DNA of 64,000 nucleotides, from assembly GCF_009914755.1 (NCBI RefSeq), contig NC_060928.1, one strand, 5' to 3'. Source of the stretch: the human T2T-CHM13v2.0 reference genome, Homo sapiens. Made by a program: the position numbers and the translations under genes. The notes under the pieces are model-generated. The model searched no databases. It was not told the origin of the DNA and saw only the letters and a list, made by a program, of their open reading frames with translations. How positions within the stretch are numbered: position 1 is the stretch's first letter; every line of letters starts with the position of its first letter. Below, piece after piece: positions 41,651-59,772 of the stretch.

Positions 41651-42141
41651 TTTAATATAACCAACACTGTTAAGATTGTATATTTAATAAAAATTAAGAG
41701 GATAAATAAATAAGACTCAGAATAAAATGACATTTACTTTAACAGCATATGCTTTTCATATTTGTAAATTAAAAAAATTTAGACAGAGTGTTCCCTATAT
41801 CTATGTTTATAGCTATACACCTAATTAGTTGTGTGGTATTAGAAAAACTGCATTATTTTTATGGACCTCAAAAGTTTAGAACACGTGATCACCAACTTTG
41901 AAATTATTTGATTCTATATTGATCTTAAACTTATTACCCTGAGAATATTTTTGAAAATTAACTGAGAAATATATATATGTATGTGTACACACACACCCAC
42001 ACATTACAAACTGAAAAGTTGCATGCCAATGGAAGCATCATTTTTTAAAAAAATAAGATTCAGGTTCACCAATTTTTAAATCTACTAGGATTTTGATGCT
42101 GAAACCTTAGTTCAAAAGCTTTCTTGGACCACCACAAAATA

Positions 42142-42573
42142 TGTATTAGTCCATTCTTGCACTGCTACAAAAACATACCTGAGACTGAGTAATTTATAAA
42201 GAAAAGAGATTTAGTTTGCTCACAGTTCTGCAGGATATACAGAAAGAATGATGCTGGTATCCACCTGGCTTCCAGGGAGGCCTCAGGAAACTTTCAATCA
42301 TGGCAAAAGGCAAAGGGGAAGCAGGCATGGCACGTCTTACATGGCAGGAGGAGGAGCAAGAGAGAAAGAGGAGAGGTGCTAAACACTTTTAAACAATCAT
42401 GTCTTGCAAGAACTGACTTACTCTCAGGAGAACAGCACCAAGGGATGGTGCTAAACCATTCATGAGAAATCTACACCCATAATCCAATCACCTCCAGCCA
42501 GGTTCCGCCTCCAACACTGGGTGTTACAATTCGATGTGAGATCTGGGCAAGGACACAGACACGAACCATACCA
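42142..42573 (-). mobile_element. MSTA/MSTB solo LTR
   Basis: tgtattagtccattcttgcactgcta ... gaaccatacca; flanks aaata/gaata. Confidence 0.9.
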
Positions 42574-42717
42574 GAATATATGCTGGTATTTATAAGCATC
42601 TGTAATATTTCATGTTTGTTTGTTTTGTTTTGTTAGCTTCAAGGAAAAGTAAGTAATGGTAAGTATATAACATACTCATAACTATGAATTAAACACTTTT
42701 ATCTGGCCTAACATTAA

Positions 42718-43164
<447 letters not shown>

Positions 43165-43606
43165 TGGAAGTTCCCTCTTTAAGGACAGGTTTCTGTAGCT
43201 CACTGTATAGCATACACAGGTTTACATGCATTATTTTTTTGGACCTCAATAGGTTTGCATACCCTATTTGCACATGCAGGTATGGTGATCACCCCTCTTC
43301 CACCCAATTAACAACCTTCAGGAGAAAAAAATAGAGGAAGGAGAGGAGTGTTTGCTGGTTGCAGCTCTCTAGGAATAGCCAAGGAGTTGGCAAAGGAAGC
43401 TCACTCTCCCTGCTGCTTCTGCCTCTGAAGTGAGTGATCCATACTTTGGTAAATGAGATGATTCATTTGTATGCAGAAAGAAAATATTAAGACTCTTGCT
43501 TATATTTAGTTTTTATAGAATAACTAAGAAAGTAATTAGGCCTCGCAATTATTTAACACATAGTGTGTAGAGACTGCTATTTGCCTACTGCAATATCCAT
43601 TCTTTA

Positions 43607-44048
43607 TGTCTTAGTCCTTCTTGGCTATTAAAACAAACATGCCATAGACTAAGTAGTTTAAAAACAACAGAAATGTATTTCTCACTGTTATGAAGGCCAA
43701 GAAGTCCAAGTTCAAGGTACCAACATATTTGGCGTTTGGTAAGGGCCCAATTCCTGGTTTACAGAAATCCTGAGATTAGGTTAGTGTAAAAAGAATTGCA
43801 GTTTTTGCCATTTTTAAAAGTAATGGCAAAACTGCAATTATTTTTGCACCGACCAATATAGCCTCACATGGAGGAAAGGGAAAGAAAACTCCCTGGGGCC
43901 TTTTTTATGAGGGCACTAATCTCATTTGTGAAGGCTCCACCCTCATGACCTAATCATCTCCTAAAGGCCCCATGTCCAAATATCACCATGGGTGTTAGGA
44001 TTTAACACCCTATGAAATTGGTGGAAAAGAAGCATTCAGTCTGTAGCA
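43607..44048 (-). mobile_element. MLT1A/MSTD-like solo LTR
   Basis: tgtcttagtcc...gaagtccaagttcaaggtacca...gggcactaatctcatttgtgaaggctccaccctcatgacctaatc...cattcagtctgtagca. Confidence 0.8.
43776..43856. mobile_element. MADE1 mariner MITE
   Basis: About 80-bp palindrome ttaggttagtgtaaaaagaattgcagtttttgccatt...aatggcaaaactgcaattatttttgcaccgaccaa. Confidence 0.9.
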
Positions 44049-45310
44049 CTCTTCTCACTTAGTAACAGAACCCTGACTGTTAGCTCAATATGTTGTCACT
44101 TAGAACGAAAAGTTATTATTTCCTGGACCTATTTCTAGCTAAGTTTTGGCCCCTATATGCAATCAGAAATAATGTAAGTGCCATATAGAAAACTTCCTCA
44201 AAGGGAAGCATGGCCTTTTTTCTCCTTTCTTTCTTCCTGCTAATTAGAATGTGAATGTAATGGCTAGAGATCCGGCTGCTGCTTTGTACCACGAGGGAGC
44301 AGACCCATGTTGAGAACAGACATTCAATAAAGAGAGAGCTTTTCTCCCTGATGATCAGAGACCTACCAGTCTTTAACTGTCAATCTACAGATTTCACATG
44401 GAAAAGAGATACAATTCCATCTAGTTTAATACACTACTATTTGTTTTAAATACTATTTCTGCAATATGCAGCTGAACATAAGCGAAACTGATACATATAG
44501 ATTTGTGAGTAGTACATTTTATAAGGTATATATTAATATGAAGATAACAAATGCATGCTCTTTATTTTTCACAGGATATACAATAAAATAGTTTGGAGAT
44601 TACAAAACTAAAAGACTGTTACATGCTCCTGCCAAGGTCATCTATATCTGGAAATCAATAGAATTTCATGAGTTACCATCATACATACACTGATTATACT
44701 GCAGTAGACTCTCAGTGTGTAGCTATGGCTACAGATCCTTGGGAAATCTAAAATTCACAACACATATATCTTTGTAAAGACCCTTGACTTTTCATAGACA
44801 TAATTTCTGTCCAGAATCTCATGTTCTGTGAATATATCCTTCCATCACATTACAAAGAGAAATGTTTAAATCATTTAACAAAAAGCTATACAATAACAAA
44901 TGGAGAATGTAAAAAAGATTAATATTTAGATGCTGGGTGCTTGGCTAGCTTCACTTGTCATTTAATAACTTAGTCCTACACATCAGCCTCATGGTGCATA
45001 TTACTCACATACCTTAAATTGTAAAAAATCAGATATCATGATCTTCAAGGTTATTTGCAAATGGTAAGTCCTCCAAGGCCAAATTCACAAATAGAAAGGG
45101 TTTGTTGTATTAAGAGCCAAACTTCCACTGCATCCCACCATGTTATACTAAGATTCTTAGTTAATACAAACCTATACTTAAACACAGTGGTGATGGTTAT
45201 AGGAACGGGTAGCAAATAAATATCAAGATAAGTTCTTAATAGTAACTGAAACAGCATAGTGCTGGTATAAAAATAGATGCACAGATCAATGGAACAGAAC
45301 AAAGAACCCA

Positions 45311-45432
45311 CAGGAGGCTGAGGCAGGAGAATCACTTGAGGCTGGGAGGTGGAGTTTGCAGTAGGCGAAGGCCACTGCACTCCAGCCAACATGGGTGACA
45401 GAGCAAGACTCTGTCTCAAAACAAACAAACAA
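45311..45432 (+). mobile_element. 5'-truncated Alu (right arm)
   Basis: caggaggctgaggcaggagaatcacttga...gactctgtctc, (AAAC)n tail, flanked by aaccca duplication. Confidence 0.88.
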
Positions 45433-46339
45433 ACAAACCCAAAATAAAGCTACATACCTACAAGCAAGTTGTCAAAAATATACTCTAGGGAAAGAACACA
45501 CTGTTCAATAAATGATGCTGGGAAAATTTGATAATCATATACAGAAGAATGAAAGTGAGCTCCTATCTCTCAGTATATAAAAATAACTAAAGATAGATTA
45601 AAAACCTAAATGTAAGACTTGAAACTATAAAACTCCTGGAAGAAAACCTAGGAAAAACTCCTCTGGACATTGACCTAGGCAAAGAATTTATGACTAAGTC
45701 CTCAAAAGGAAATGCAACAAAAAACAAAAATATAGAAGTAGGACTTAATTAAACTGAATAGCTTCTGCATAACAAAATAAATAATCAACAGAGTAAACAG
45801 GCAACCTACAGGATTAGTGAAAATATTTGAAAACAATACTTCTGACAGAGGGCTAATATCCAGAACCAAAGGAACTCAAACAGCTCAACAAAAAAGAAAC
45901 AACCACATTAAAAAGTAGACAAAGGACATGAACAGACATTTTTTCAAAAGAAAACATACAAGTAACCTATAAACATATGGGAAAAATGCTCAATATGAGT
46001 AATCTTAAGAGTAATGAAAATTAAAACCACAATGAGATACCATCTTACCCTAGTCAGAATGACTATTACTAAAAAGTCAAAAAACAACAGATGTTGGTGA
46101 GGATGCAGAGAAAAAGGAATGCTTATAGACTATTGGTGGAAATCTAAATTAGTACAACCTCTATGGAAGACAGTATGGAGATTTCTAAAGAACTAAAAAT
46201 AGAACTACCCTTTGATTCAGAAATTTCACTACTGAGTATCCACTCAAAGGAAAAGAAATCATTATATCAGAAAGAAACCTGAACTTGTAAGTTTATCGCA
46301 GCACTATTCATTTCTTATTTGTTTATTTATTTTTATTTT

Positions 46340-47007
46340 AAAAGGTTAGTTCTGAGTCAGTATGACTGACTATGTACCGAGGAACACAATCTGAAGAGTT
46401 CCTGAGAAAGTGTATCTGCAGAAGTTAGACTGCACTTTGGTTTTATACATTTTAGAAAGGGAGGAGGTTTTATACATTTTAGAAAGGAAGGAGTTACAGG
46501 CAAAGTAATAAATCAATACATGGAAGTTATATGTTGATTTGATCCAAAAAGATAGATATCTACAGGTTATAGGTGGATTAAGAGATTCCTTAATTTGCAA
46601 CTGGTTAAAGGAGTAAAGCTTTGTCCACAAATTTGGAGTCAGCAGAAAGGAATGTTTTAAGTTAAGATAAGGAAGTCTGTTAACCAATAAACTAGGTCAG
46701 AGTGACCTGTAGGGATGTGTGAGTTAGCCCTTGTCTGGCATGGCCTTAGGTCCTATTTGTGATTCAGTATCTTACTGTCACGAAGAGTCCACCTAGTTAG
46801 TCTCATGATCTCTATTTTTATTAATTTTTTATTAATGCGAGTCAGTTGTGCCTAAACTCCAAAAGGGAAAGGGTATAACAAGGTACGTCTGACCTCCCTT
46901 CCCATCATGGCTGGGAATTCAGTTTTTAAGGTTTTTCTGAGGTCCCCTTGGCCAAGAAGGTGTGTCTTCAGTCAGTGGGGGACTTAAGATTTTATTTTTA
47001 GTTTACA
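46340..47007 (-). mobile_element. MER4-family ERV1 LTR lacking its U5 end
   Basis: Minus strand begins tgtaaactaaaaataaaatcttaag...ggccaaggggacctcagaaaaacc; it stops just after the poly(A)-signal position; 27-bp duplication at about 46439-46495. Confidence 0.8.
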
Positions 47008-47027
47008 ACTTGACAGTTTAACTTTTT

Positions 47028-47746
47028 CGTAGGGGTTGAGAGAATGCTTCCTCTCTGCCCACTGAAGGTTCACAGAAAATAAACTGACAAAAGCCATATT
47101 AATAGGAGAAAAAAAGGCATACAAATTCATAATGTGCCTAAACACAGAAGTCATATACAAAATATGAGACTTAAAGAGGGGCCATATGTTTGAGGCTTAA
47201 ATAATCTCTTTATATGGGAGAGATGTATGGACTCAGGTGTTAGATATTATTTTATAAATGATTCTATTTGGAAGCTAGATGGACAAGGTGAGGGGCAGAA
47301 CTACATAAAAACAAAGATTGACATTTTTATGCAGATAAAGCCCCCCAACCCTCACCCAATGAAATCTCTTGGTGCTGCCCTCGGAATGGATGAAATGTCT
47401 ATCTCAGTGTGGTGATGACTCCCAGTTTCTTCTCTTCTTTGGTAGTTTATCTTTCCCAGTTATTTGATGAGATTCCTAGAGAGGGAGTCTTAAAACATAA
47501 CACATTTCTTTTGGAAATAAGCTTTCTTAGATAAAGAAACTTCAGAGAGATATCTCCCAGTGCTTCTGTAAAGAGGATCAGAGAGAGGGAGGCAAGACAA
47601 GGTCGGAGAAAGCCAGTAGTTCTGAAGCTTATTTCTGAGACCTCTCAATTTTTAAGGCGCTTAGCATGTTCTGAGACCTCTCAATTTTTAAGGTGCTTAG
47701 CATGTTAAAGAGCCATATTTTGGGGAATTATTTTTGTACCCCAACA
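47028..47746 (-). mobile_element. MER4-group ERV1 LTR (MER31/34/39-like)
   Basis: Minus strand begins tgttggggtacaaaaaataattccccaaaatatggctctttaacatgct; 36-bp tandem duplication at 47633-47704. Confidence 0.7.
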
Positions 47747-49309
47747 CTTCTAAATTTTAGCCATTCTGGTGACCATACATTTTTGTCTTATTTTAGTTTT
47801 AATTTATATTTCCTTGAAAGCTGAAGATGTTGAGCATCTTTTCACGTGCAGCATTATTCATAATAGCAGTCATGGAATCAACCTAAGTGTCCATTGATGG
47901 ATGACTGAATTTAAAATATGCTATATATACACCATGGGATACTACTCAGCCATAAAAAAGAATGAAATCTTGTCTTTTACAGCAACATGGATAAAACTGG
48001 GAGCCATTATCCTAAGTGAAATGACTCAGAAACAGAGAGCCAAAAACCACACGTTCTTACTTGTAAGTGGGAGCTAAAGAGCAGGTATATATGAGCAGCC
48101 AGAGTGGAATAATAGACACTGGAGACTCCTAAAGGTGGGGAGGGTAGGAAGGGTATGAGGAATTAAATACTACCTATTGGGTACATTGTGCAGTATTTGG
48201 GTGATGGGCACACTAAAAGCCAGAACTTCACAGCTACACAATCTATCCTTGTAAGAAAACTATACTTTTACCTCTAAGATCTAAAAAAATAGAATAAAAA
48301 TTTAAAAAATAAACCCTCTATTTGCTCAAACATGCATAAACTGAGAACCCTCACACTCCTAACCCATTATCATTTATTCTATTCAGTGGCTTTCCTGGAA
48401 TATCAGGAGTTTCTAGCCTACCAGAATACTCTGTGCCTACAGCCGCACTATTTCTATTGACAAATTGACACACAAAAAAGGCAGATCTCATCCATTCCCT
48501 GGCTGTGGAAAGATGAACATAGCTGACATACATTCGCTCCAACTCACACACATGCATAGCTGATCTGCACCCACCTTCCCTTAGGTCACAGGGATGACAG
48601 CTGGAGGCAAAATGCTCAAGGGCAGCAACCATTGCTTGCTGCTCAGAATATAATCTCCCCTCCCTTCAGCAAGACCAGGACAGCATCAGAGGCAAAAGCT
48701 CACGGCTGGAGAGACACCTCTAGCACAATCTTCACACCTAGAGTGGAAGGGACATGAGTTTGGGTAACATAAAGAGAGAAGGCGCTGCCATTAATTTCAT
48801 AAAGGTTAGCCCGTGAGCAATAAACAACGAGCTGGCATTATCCTAGGCACTGTCTGTCTGCTTCCCAAGCACATGACTCCTGGAGTTCAGAGAAAACAGC
48901 ACAGATGAAAAGGGAGAATATCCCTGATTAAGTCATCTGCTAAAAAATAGTTACAATATAAATCCTATAGAAAACCCTGTTTAGAGGATACGCTTAGCAT
49001 CTCTCACCTTGCCAAGCTGGATTGAATTAACACAATTTCCAGGCAATGCAATAGAGATAACAGCATAAAAGTTGGAGATTCTCAAGTCACTTGTCACTCT
49101 TCAGGTTTTGTCTCCTTTTGTTGAAATGAGCTAGTCCAAATTATTATAATTTATCAATAAAAATATCATACTTAAGAAGCATTATGGCTAAATGTCATTA
49201 CAATGATGGAATGGTAATTCAAATCATCCTTTTTAAAGGGAATTAAAGAAAGTTAGATTTTATATACTTCATGTGCTATAGTAATATATCCAATGGGGAA
49301 CATTAAGAA

Positions 49310-50975
49310 ATGAATATTGAAAGACTTAATATTGTCAAAATGTCCATATTACTCAAACTGATTTACAGATTCAATGCAATACCTATCAAAATATCAATGG
49401 TACTGTCTACTGAAATAGAAAAAAAAAATCCCTAAAACTTATATGGAACTACAAAAGACCTTGAATAGCCAAAACAACTGTAAGAAGAACAAAGCAGGAG
49501 AAATCACGCTTCCTGGTTTCAAAATATAATACAAAGCTATTCTAATTAAAACAGTATGCTGCTGGCATAATGAAAGACATATGGACCAATGGAACAGAAT
49601 GGAGAACTCCTGAAATAAGCTCACGCATGTATGATCAACTGATTTTTGATAAAGGTGTCAAGGATATGCCAAAGGGAAGGCAAATTGTCTCTTCAACAAA
49701 CAGCACTGGGGAAACTAGATACCCACATGCAAAAAATAAAACTGGACCCTTTTCTTCCACTATACACATACACACAAAAATCTCAAAATGGATTAAACAC
49801 TTAAAAATAAGCCCAAACTATGTAATACTCATAAAAAATAGAGGAAAATCTTCATAACATTGGTCTTGACAATGATTTCTTGCATATGACACCAAAGCAT
49901 AGGCAATGAATGCAAAACTAGGCAAATGGGACTATACCAAACTAAAAAGCTTCTGCAGAGTAAACAATCAACAAAATGAAAAGACAATCTGTGGAATGGA
50001 GAAAATTTTTTGCAAATACTATATCTAATAAGGGATTACTATCTAAAATAGATCCTTCAACTCAATGGCAAAATAAATAAATAAATAAATAAATAAATAA
50101 CAGCCAAATAAAAATATGCAAATGACTTGAATATACATTTCTCCAAAGACCACATATGAAAGGCCAACAGATATATGAAATGCTGCCCAACATCACTCAT
50201 CACCAGGTAAACGCAAATCAACACCACATTGAGATGTCACCTTACACCTCTTAAGATGGTTTTTATCGAAAAAGACGAAATAAGAAGTATTGGCATAGAT
50301 GTGAAGAAACTGATTATTTGTGCCATCCTGAGAATGTAAAACAGTGCAGCTGCTGTAGAAAACAGTATGGAGATTCCTAAAAAAAAAAATTAAAAATAGA
50401 AATACTATATAATCCAGTAATCCTGATACTGGATATTTATCCAAAGGAATTGAAATCAGGATCTCAAAGACATATTTCCACTCCCATGCTCACTGAGCAT
50501 GATTCACAATAGCCAAGATGTGGAAACAACCTACATGTCTACTGACAGATGAAGGGACAAAGAAAATATGGTATATACATACAATGGAATATGATTCAGC
50601 CTTTAAAATAAAAGGCAATCCTGCCATAGGCAACAACATGGATAAACCTTGAAGACATTATGCTATGTGAAATAAGCCAGTCACAGAAGAATAAATGCTG
50701 GATAATACTACTTAAAGGAGTTATATAAAAGAGTCAGGGAGTTATATAAAAGGTTCAAACACACAGAACCAGAGAGTAGAATGGTTGTTGCCAGGGGATA
50801 AGAGGGAAAGGGAAATAGGGAATTGCTATCCAATAGGAGTAAGGTTTCAGTTATGCAAGGTTATTAAGTTCTAGAGATCTTCTGTATAACATTGTGCCCA
50901 CAGTTAATACTGTATTATCCGCTTAGAAATGTGTTAAGAGGGCAGATCTCATGTTAAGTGTTATTACCACAGGAA
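49310..50975 (+). mobile_element. 5'-truncated L1MA9/MB-like LINE
   Basis: ORF2 relic; 3' end gtttcagttatgcaag...ttctagagatct...gagggcagatctcatgttaagtgt. Confidence 0.85.
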
Positions 50976-51210
50976 TACCCCCCAAAAGGAGAAATGAATA
51001 TGAGATTAGAGATTATATCTCAGGAGTGGATAAGAAAGGAAAGGAAGAGAGATACGTTTATTTTGCCACAAAGTAAGGATACTTTCTGAAATGTTTGAGC
51101 TCACATGATTTAACACAGAATCATAGTCCTAAAATTTAAAACCAAGTAAGAGTAGTAGGACTAATTTAACCTAACCTCGTTTTTTAAAGATGAAGAAACT
51201 GGGTTTTACG

Positions 51211-51870
51211 AGTCAAAAAATAACAGATGCTAGCTGCAGAGAAAAGATAACTCTCATACATTGCTGCTGGGGATGTGGAAAGCATCGTGGAGATTTCTTA
51301 AAGAAATTAAAACAGAACTACCATTCGGCCCAACAATTCCAACAATGGGTATATACCTAAAGAAACGTAAGTAGCTCTACCATAAAAACACATGCACACA
51401 TATGTTCATTACCACACTAATCACAAGCACAAATACATGGAATCAACCTAAATGCCCATCAACTGTGGACTGGATAAAGAAAATGTGGTACATATACACC
51501 ATGGAATATTACACAGCTGTAGAAAAGAGCGAGATTATGTCTTTTGCAGCAACATAGATGGAGCTGGAAGCCATTATCCTAAGTGAATTAATGCAGGAAC
51601 AGAAAACCAAATACTGCATGCTCTCACTTATAAATGGGACCTATACTTTGAGTACACACACACACAAAGAAGGAAATAATAGACACTCGTGCCCACTTGA
51701 GGATGGAGTGGGGGAGGAGAGTGAGGATCGATAAACTACCTATCAGGTACTATGCTTATTAACTGGATGATGAAATAGTATGTACAACAAACCCGCATGA
51801 CATGCAATTTATCTGCAGAACCTACTTGCACATGTATGCATTAAACTGAAATAAGAGTTAAAAAAATAAA
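51211..51870 (+). mobile_element. L1PA15/16-like 3' fragment inserted in a MIR
   Basis: gaggatcgataaactacctatcaggtactatgcttatta; MIR-like flanks (aaagatgaagaaactg / agcagcagagtcaaaag). Confidence 0.85.
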
Positions 51871-52067
51871 GATATGAGTATTAAAAATAAAAAAAAGTTA
51901 AGAATGCCCATAGAATTTTACAACTATTTAGCAGCAGAGTCAAAAGAAAAATTCAAGTTTTCAGATTTTGTTCAAGTTTTTAATTGTTTCATTATTTTCA
52001 GATTATTCCTTGTGTTTCTGACTTTAACCATTTAATTTTTTTCAAAGACTCACTTAAAACATAACCA

Positions 52068-52192
52068 TTCGGGGAGTTTTTTAGATGATGGAATTGCACT
52101 GTATTCTGATTGTGTTGGTGGTTATACAAGTCTATACATGTGTTAACATTCATAGAACTATAAATCAAAAAAGTAAATTAAAATATCAAAAA
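52068..52192 (+). mobile_element. L1ME-type 3' fragment
   Basis: gatgatggaattgcactgtattctgattgtgttggtggttatacaagtctatacatgtgttaacattcatagaact. Confidence 0.7.
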
Positions 52193-52729
52193 AACCTTAA
52201 ATGCTATTGAAGGAGCTTTTTTTTTAAATCTAGTGTATCTGGATTTTCATACTATAATGTCTTAGTTATATCCAGTAGGAAACCAATAATAAAATGCAGG
52301 ACATTTTAGCCCCTTTGTCTATTATTCACTGATTCTGATTATTGCGTGGTCTGCTACTTTATTATGCAAATTTTCTACCACCAAATATAAACATAAAATA
52401 AAGAACTAAGAATGGAGTGTAAATCCTTCTTCTTATTATTGACCAAATCTGCAAAAAAATAGAATACTGTTTGTGAGAAACTTAGCAGTAGAGAGGTAAG
52501 TGATGTAGATCTACTAAAAGATTTAGAAAATTATATCTGTTTAGGCCAGTCCTAAATAGCTCATGGTAAAATAGATGATGATTACAACCACACACCACTT
52601 ATACAGTCCCCGTGCACTTGAAATTGCTTTAGATGGGTGTCAATTATATCTAGCCCAGATTCAGGAGGAAAAGAAATATTTTTGGATGTCAATCATCTGT
52701 ATTTAATACTAATATAAGAGATAAATTCA

Positions 52730-53320
52730 GACCATAGCAGAGTGGAAAGGACATGATTGTAAGAGTTACTCAGTGGGATTTAAATTGCAACTTCACTCTC
52801 TTCTCACTCTGAGAGATTTGACAAGCATTTATTTTTTAACATCTCTAAATCAGTTTTCTCACAAATAGAAAAATCCTTCCTACCTTGCTGAATAATGATG
52901 TGGATTAAATATGATGTAATCACATATTCTATGTACATAATAAAATATCACACATACCTTATAAAAATATTATGTATAAAAATATTATGTAATAAAATAT
53001 AATTATGTATATAAACAATAATATTTAACATTTAGTGTTTGCACGTTGCACATGATTATTCTCAATGCTTTAAGTAGTATAACTTACTTGTCTGAAGAAA
53101 AAAATCTACAGGCAAGTGTTGTTAATAGCCTACTTTTACAGGTAGAAAAACTAAGACAGAAGATTAAGTAACTTAATGAAGGTTATACAGTAAGTAAATT
53201 GAAAATTGAGATCTGGACCCAAACATTCTGGTTCTAAAGTCCATGTGCTTAAACAGCTTCATCATTATTTCTTCATGTATAAATGACCTGGCACAGGATA
53301 GATGCTGAATTAATGGTTGC
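52730..53320. mobile_element. Nested MIR fragments (+ at 52730-52915, - at 53030-53255)
   Basis: ctctaaatcagttttctcacaaatagaaaa and ctacttttacaggtagaaaaactaagacagaagattaagtaactt. Confidence 0.6.
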
Positions 53321-54685
53321 TGCTGTAACTGCAGCTTTGCAATTTTATGGCAAACTAATCTCACTGGACTCCCAAAAAACTCAATGTGGGCCCGGGCTAC
53401 AAACTTTAATGATGTAAATAAAACCATATTGCTAACACTGATACTTTTCATCACATTTTCCCTTTGATAAAGTCAGGGGTTTCTTTATAATGCCGATGTG
53501 AATCAACAGTAAAAGCTTCCATTAAAAAAAAAAAGTCCCCATCCCTTAACCTCTCTCCAGGGTCCTGTACCAAGATGCCCAGGTGCTCCCAACATCTCAG
53601 TGTGCATGTCATACTTGCTTGTAATGGTTAAAGCAATAGGGAATTGGGCAGATAAAAGAGTTGGGGTATACAATGAAGAGCAAATAAAACTTTTTGCACT
53701 TCAGTCCTTCTAAATGAATAGCCTTAATGCAAGAAGAGACAATGAGACCGCCTGAGTGGAGAAGGAGAAAAAAATATCATGCGGGAAATTCCTTGGACCA
53801 AAACAAGATGACAGGCAAGGGGAGAAAGAGAAAACTCAAAGACAATTAATGAGGATCAATGGTGATCCAAGAGAAGGAACTTGGTTGATTGGCACAACCA
53901 ATCATGGTCTCTTTAGAAAATAGAGTTTACTCTAAAACCTCAGCTACATCTTAGACCCTTATTTTGTTATTGTTAAAAAAGATTTCTGCTGTAAAACACA
54001 TTTTGAGTCCTGTACTACAGAAATTTTTTGGAACAGCGTTATTGAGATGTAATTCACATATTGTAAGATTCACCCATTTAAAGCATACAAAATATATTCA
54101 TAGCACTGTGCAACCTTCACCTCAATCAATTAAAAAATTGTGTGTTAAGCCAATGGGAATAAATTACTGCCCAAAGAGATGTTTTGGCCCTTAACACTCC
54201 TCTATAGCCTCCTAAATATCCTCATATCCCAGATTCTCCTACACTTCTGACTTTCTGAGGTGACCCGTGGAAATCACTTGAAAATGGAAACTCCAGAGTC
54301 AAATCGCCTTTACTTCTCCCTCTGATTTCCTTATCTGAGGCTTATCTATCACAGTCGCAAATATACACAGAGTCTGTACAACTTCTGCATCTTCTCTACT
54401 CCTATTGTACCTGCTTCAATTCAGTCTGACACCGTCCATTTCTAGGACTACTGGAATCTCCCTAACAGGGTGGTGAAAACAAAGTGCATTTGCTGCCACT
54501 CCTACCTTCTTTGCCTAATTACAGGAATCTTCCTGGCTTGGTGAACCCTTAGCACCATGCCCCAGAAAGTCCCCACCACATGACTGGAGTTGACACACAA
54601 GCTGACACCTTTTGGCAATATCTTCATACCTTTCTAACCTGTCCTTCATATTTTTCCACAGTCACTCTCCTAAAACAGGGATCCA

Positions 54686-57937
<3,252 letters not shown>

Positions 57938-58366
57938 TATTCACTCTGTCTTTCTACTTGAAAAATCCTAACTAGCTCCACCAAAATGGCAGAATAAGTT
58001 AATTGTTCTTAATACTTACTGAAATTTCCTCAAATAAACTAGTAGTGTTTGATGCTGTAAGGTATTTCTTCCATTCTCTGGTATATATCACTATCCAAAA
58101 ACACCCATAAAGCTGTGTTTTCTCAATGTATTTCTCATCCAAATGAAAGCCTCAAGTAGCTAGGTATGATTAAAGGATCCTGCTTGGGAGACTTTTGTAA
58201 GAGGCTGTATATTCTATCACTGAAGTTTTTGATACATAGTCTCCTACTACAAGAGCCCTTCACTGTGACACTATAAAGTGACCTAAAATGACACTCTCCA
58301 GTCTCAGTACCTCTGTGCAGTGTCAGTGCACTTCAGTCAACTGCACCACCTTAAGAATTGTTCTTT

Positions 58367-59772
<1,406 letters not shown>

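Larger units (their letters stand above)
43565..44494 (+). mobile_element. Old MLT1 (J/K-like) LTR split by a younger MaLR LTR
   Basis: tgtgtagagactgctatttgcc...ccattct resumes at 44049 (cttagtaacagaaccctga) and ends gcagctgaac...aactgataca. Confidence 0.65.
46312..47847 (-). mobile_element. TPRT-type composite insert (L1M fragment + ERV1 LTR + MER4-type LTR + A-rich tail)
   Basis: Flanked by gcagca[c/t]tattcat at 46298-46311 and 47848-47861; T-rich tract at 46311-46340. Confidence 0.75.
45240..48312 (+). mobile_element. 5'-truncated L1PB (PB3/PB4-like), interrupted by an Alu half and a 1.5 kb insert
   Basis: ORF2 3' relic; 3'UTR agagtggaataatagacactggagactc...ctacctattgggtac...gggcacactaaaagcc. 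Confidence 0.85.

Noticed and set aside
53885-53903. Inverted CCAAT boxes (tgattgg-cacaa-ccaatca)
   Set aside because: A 7-bp inverted repeat with no CpG island or other promoter support.
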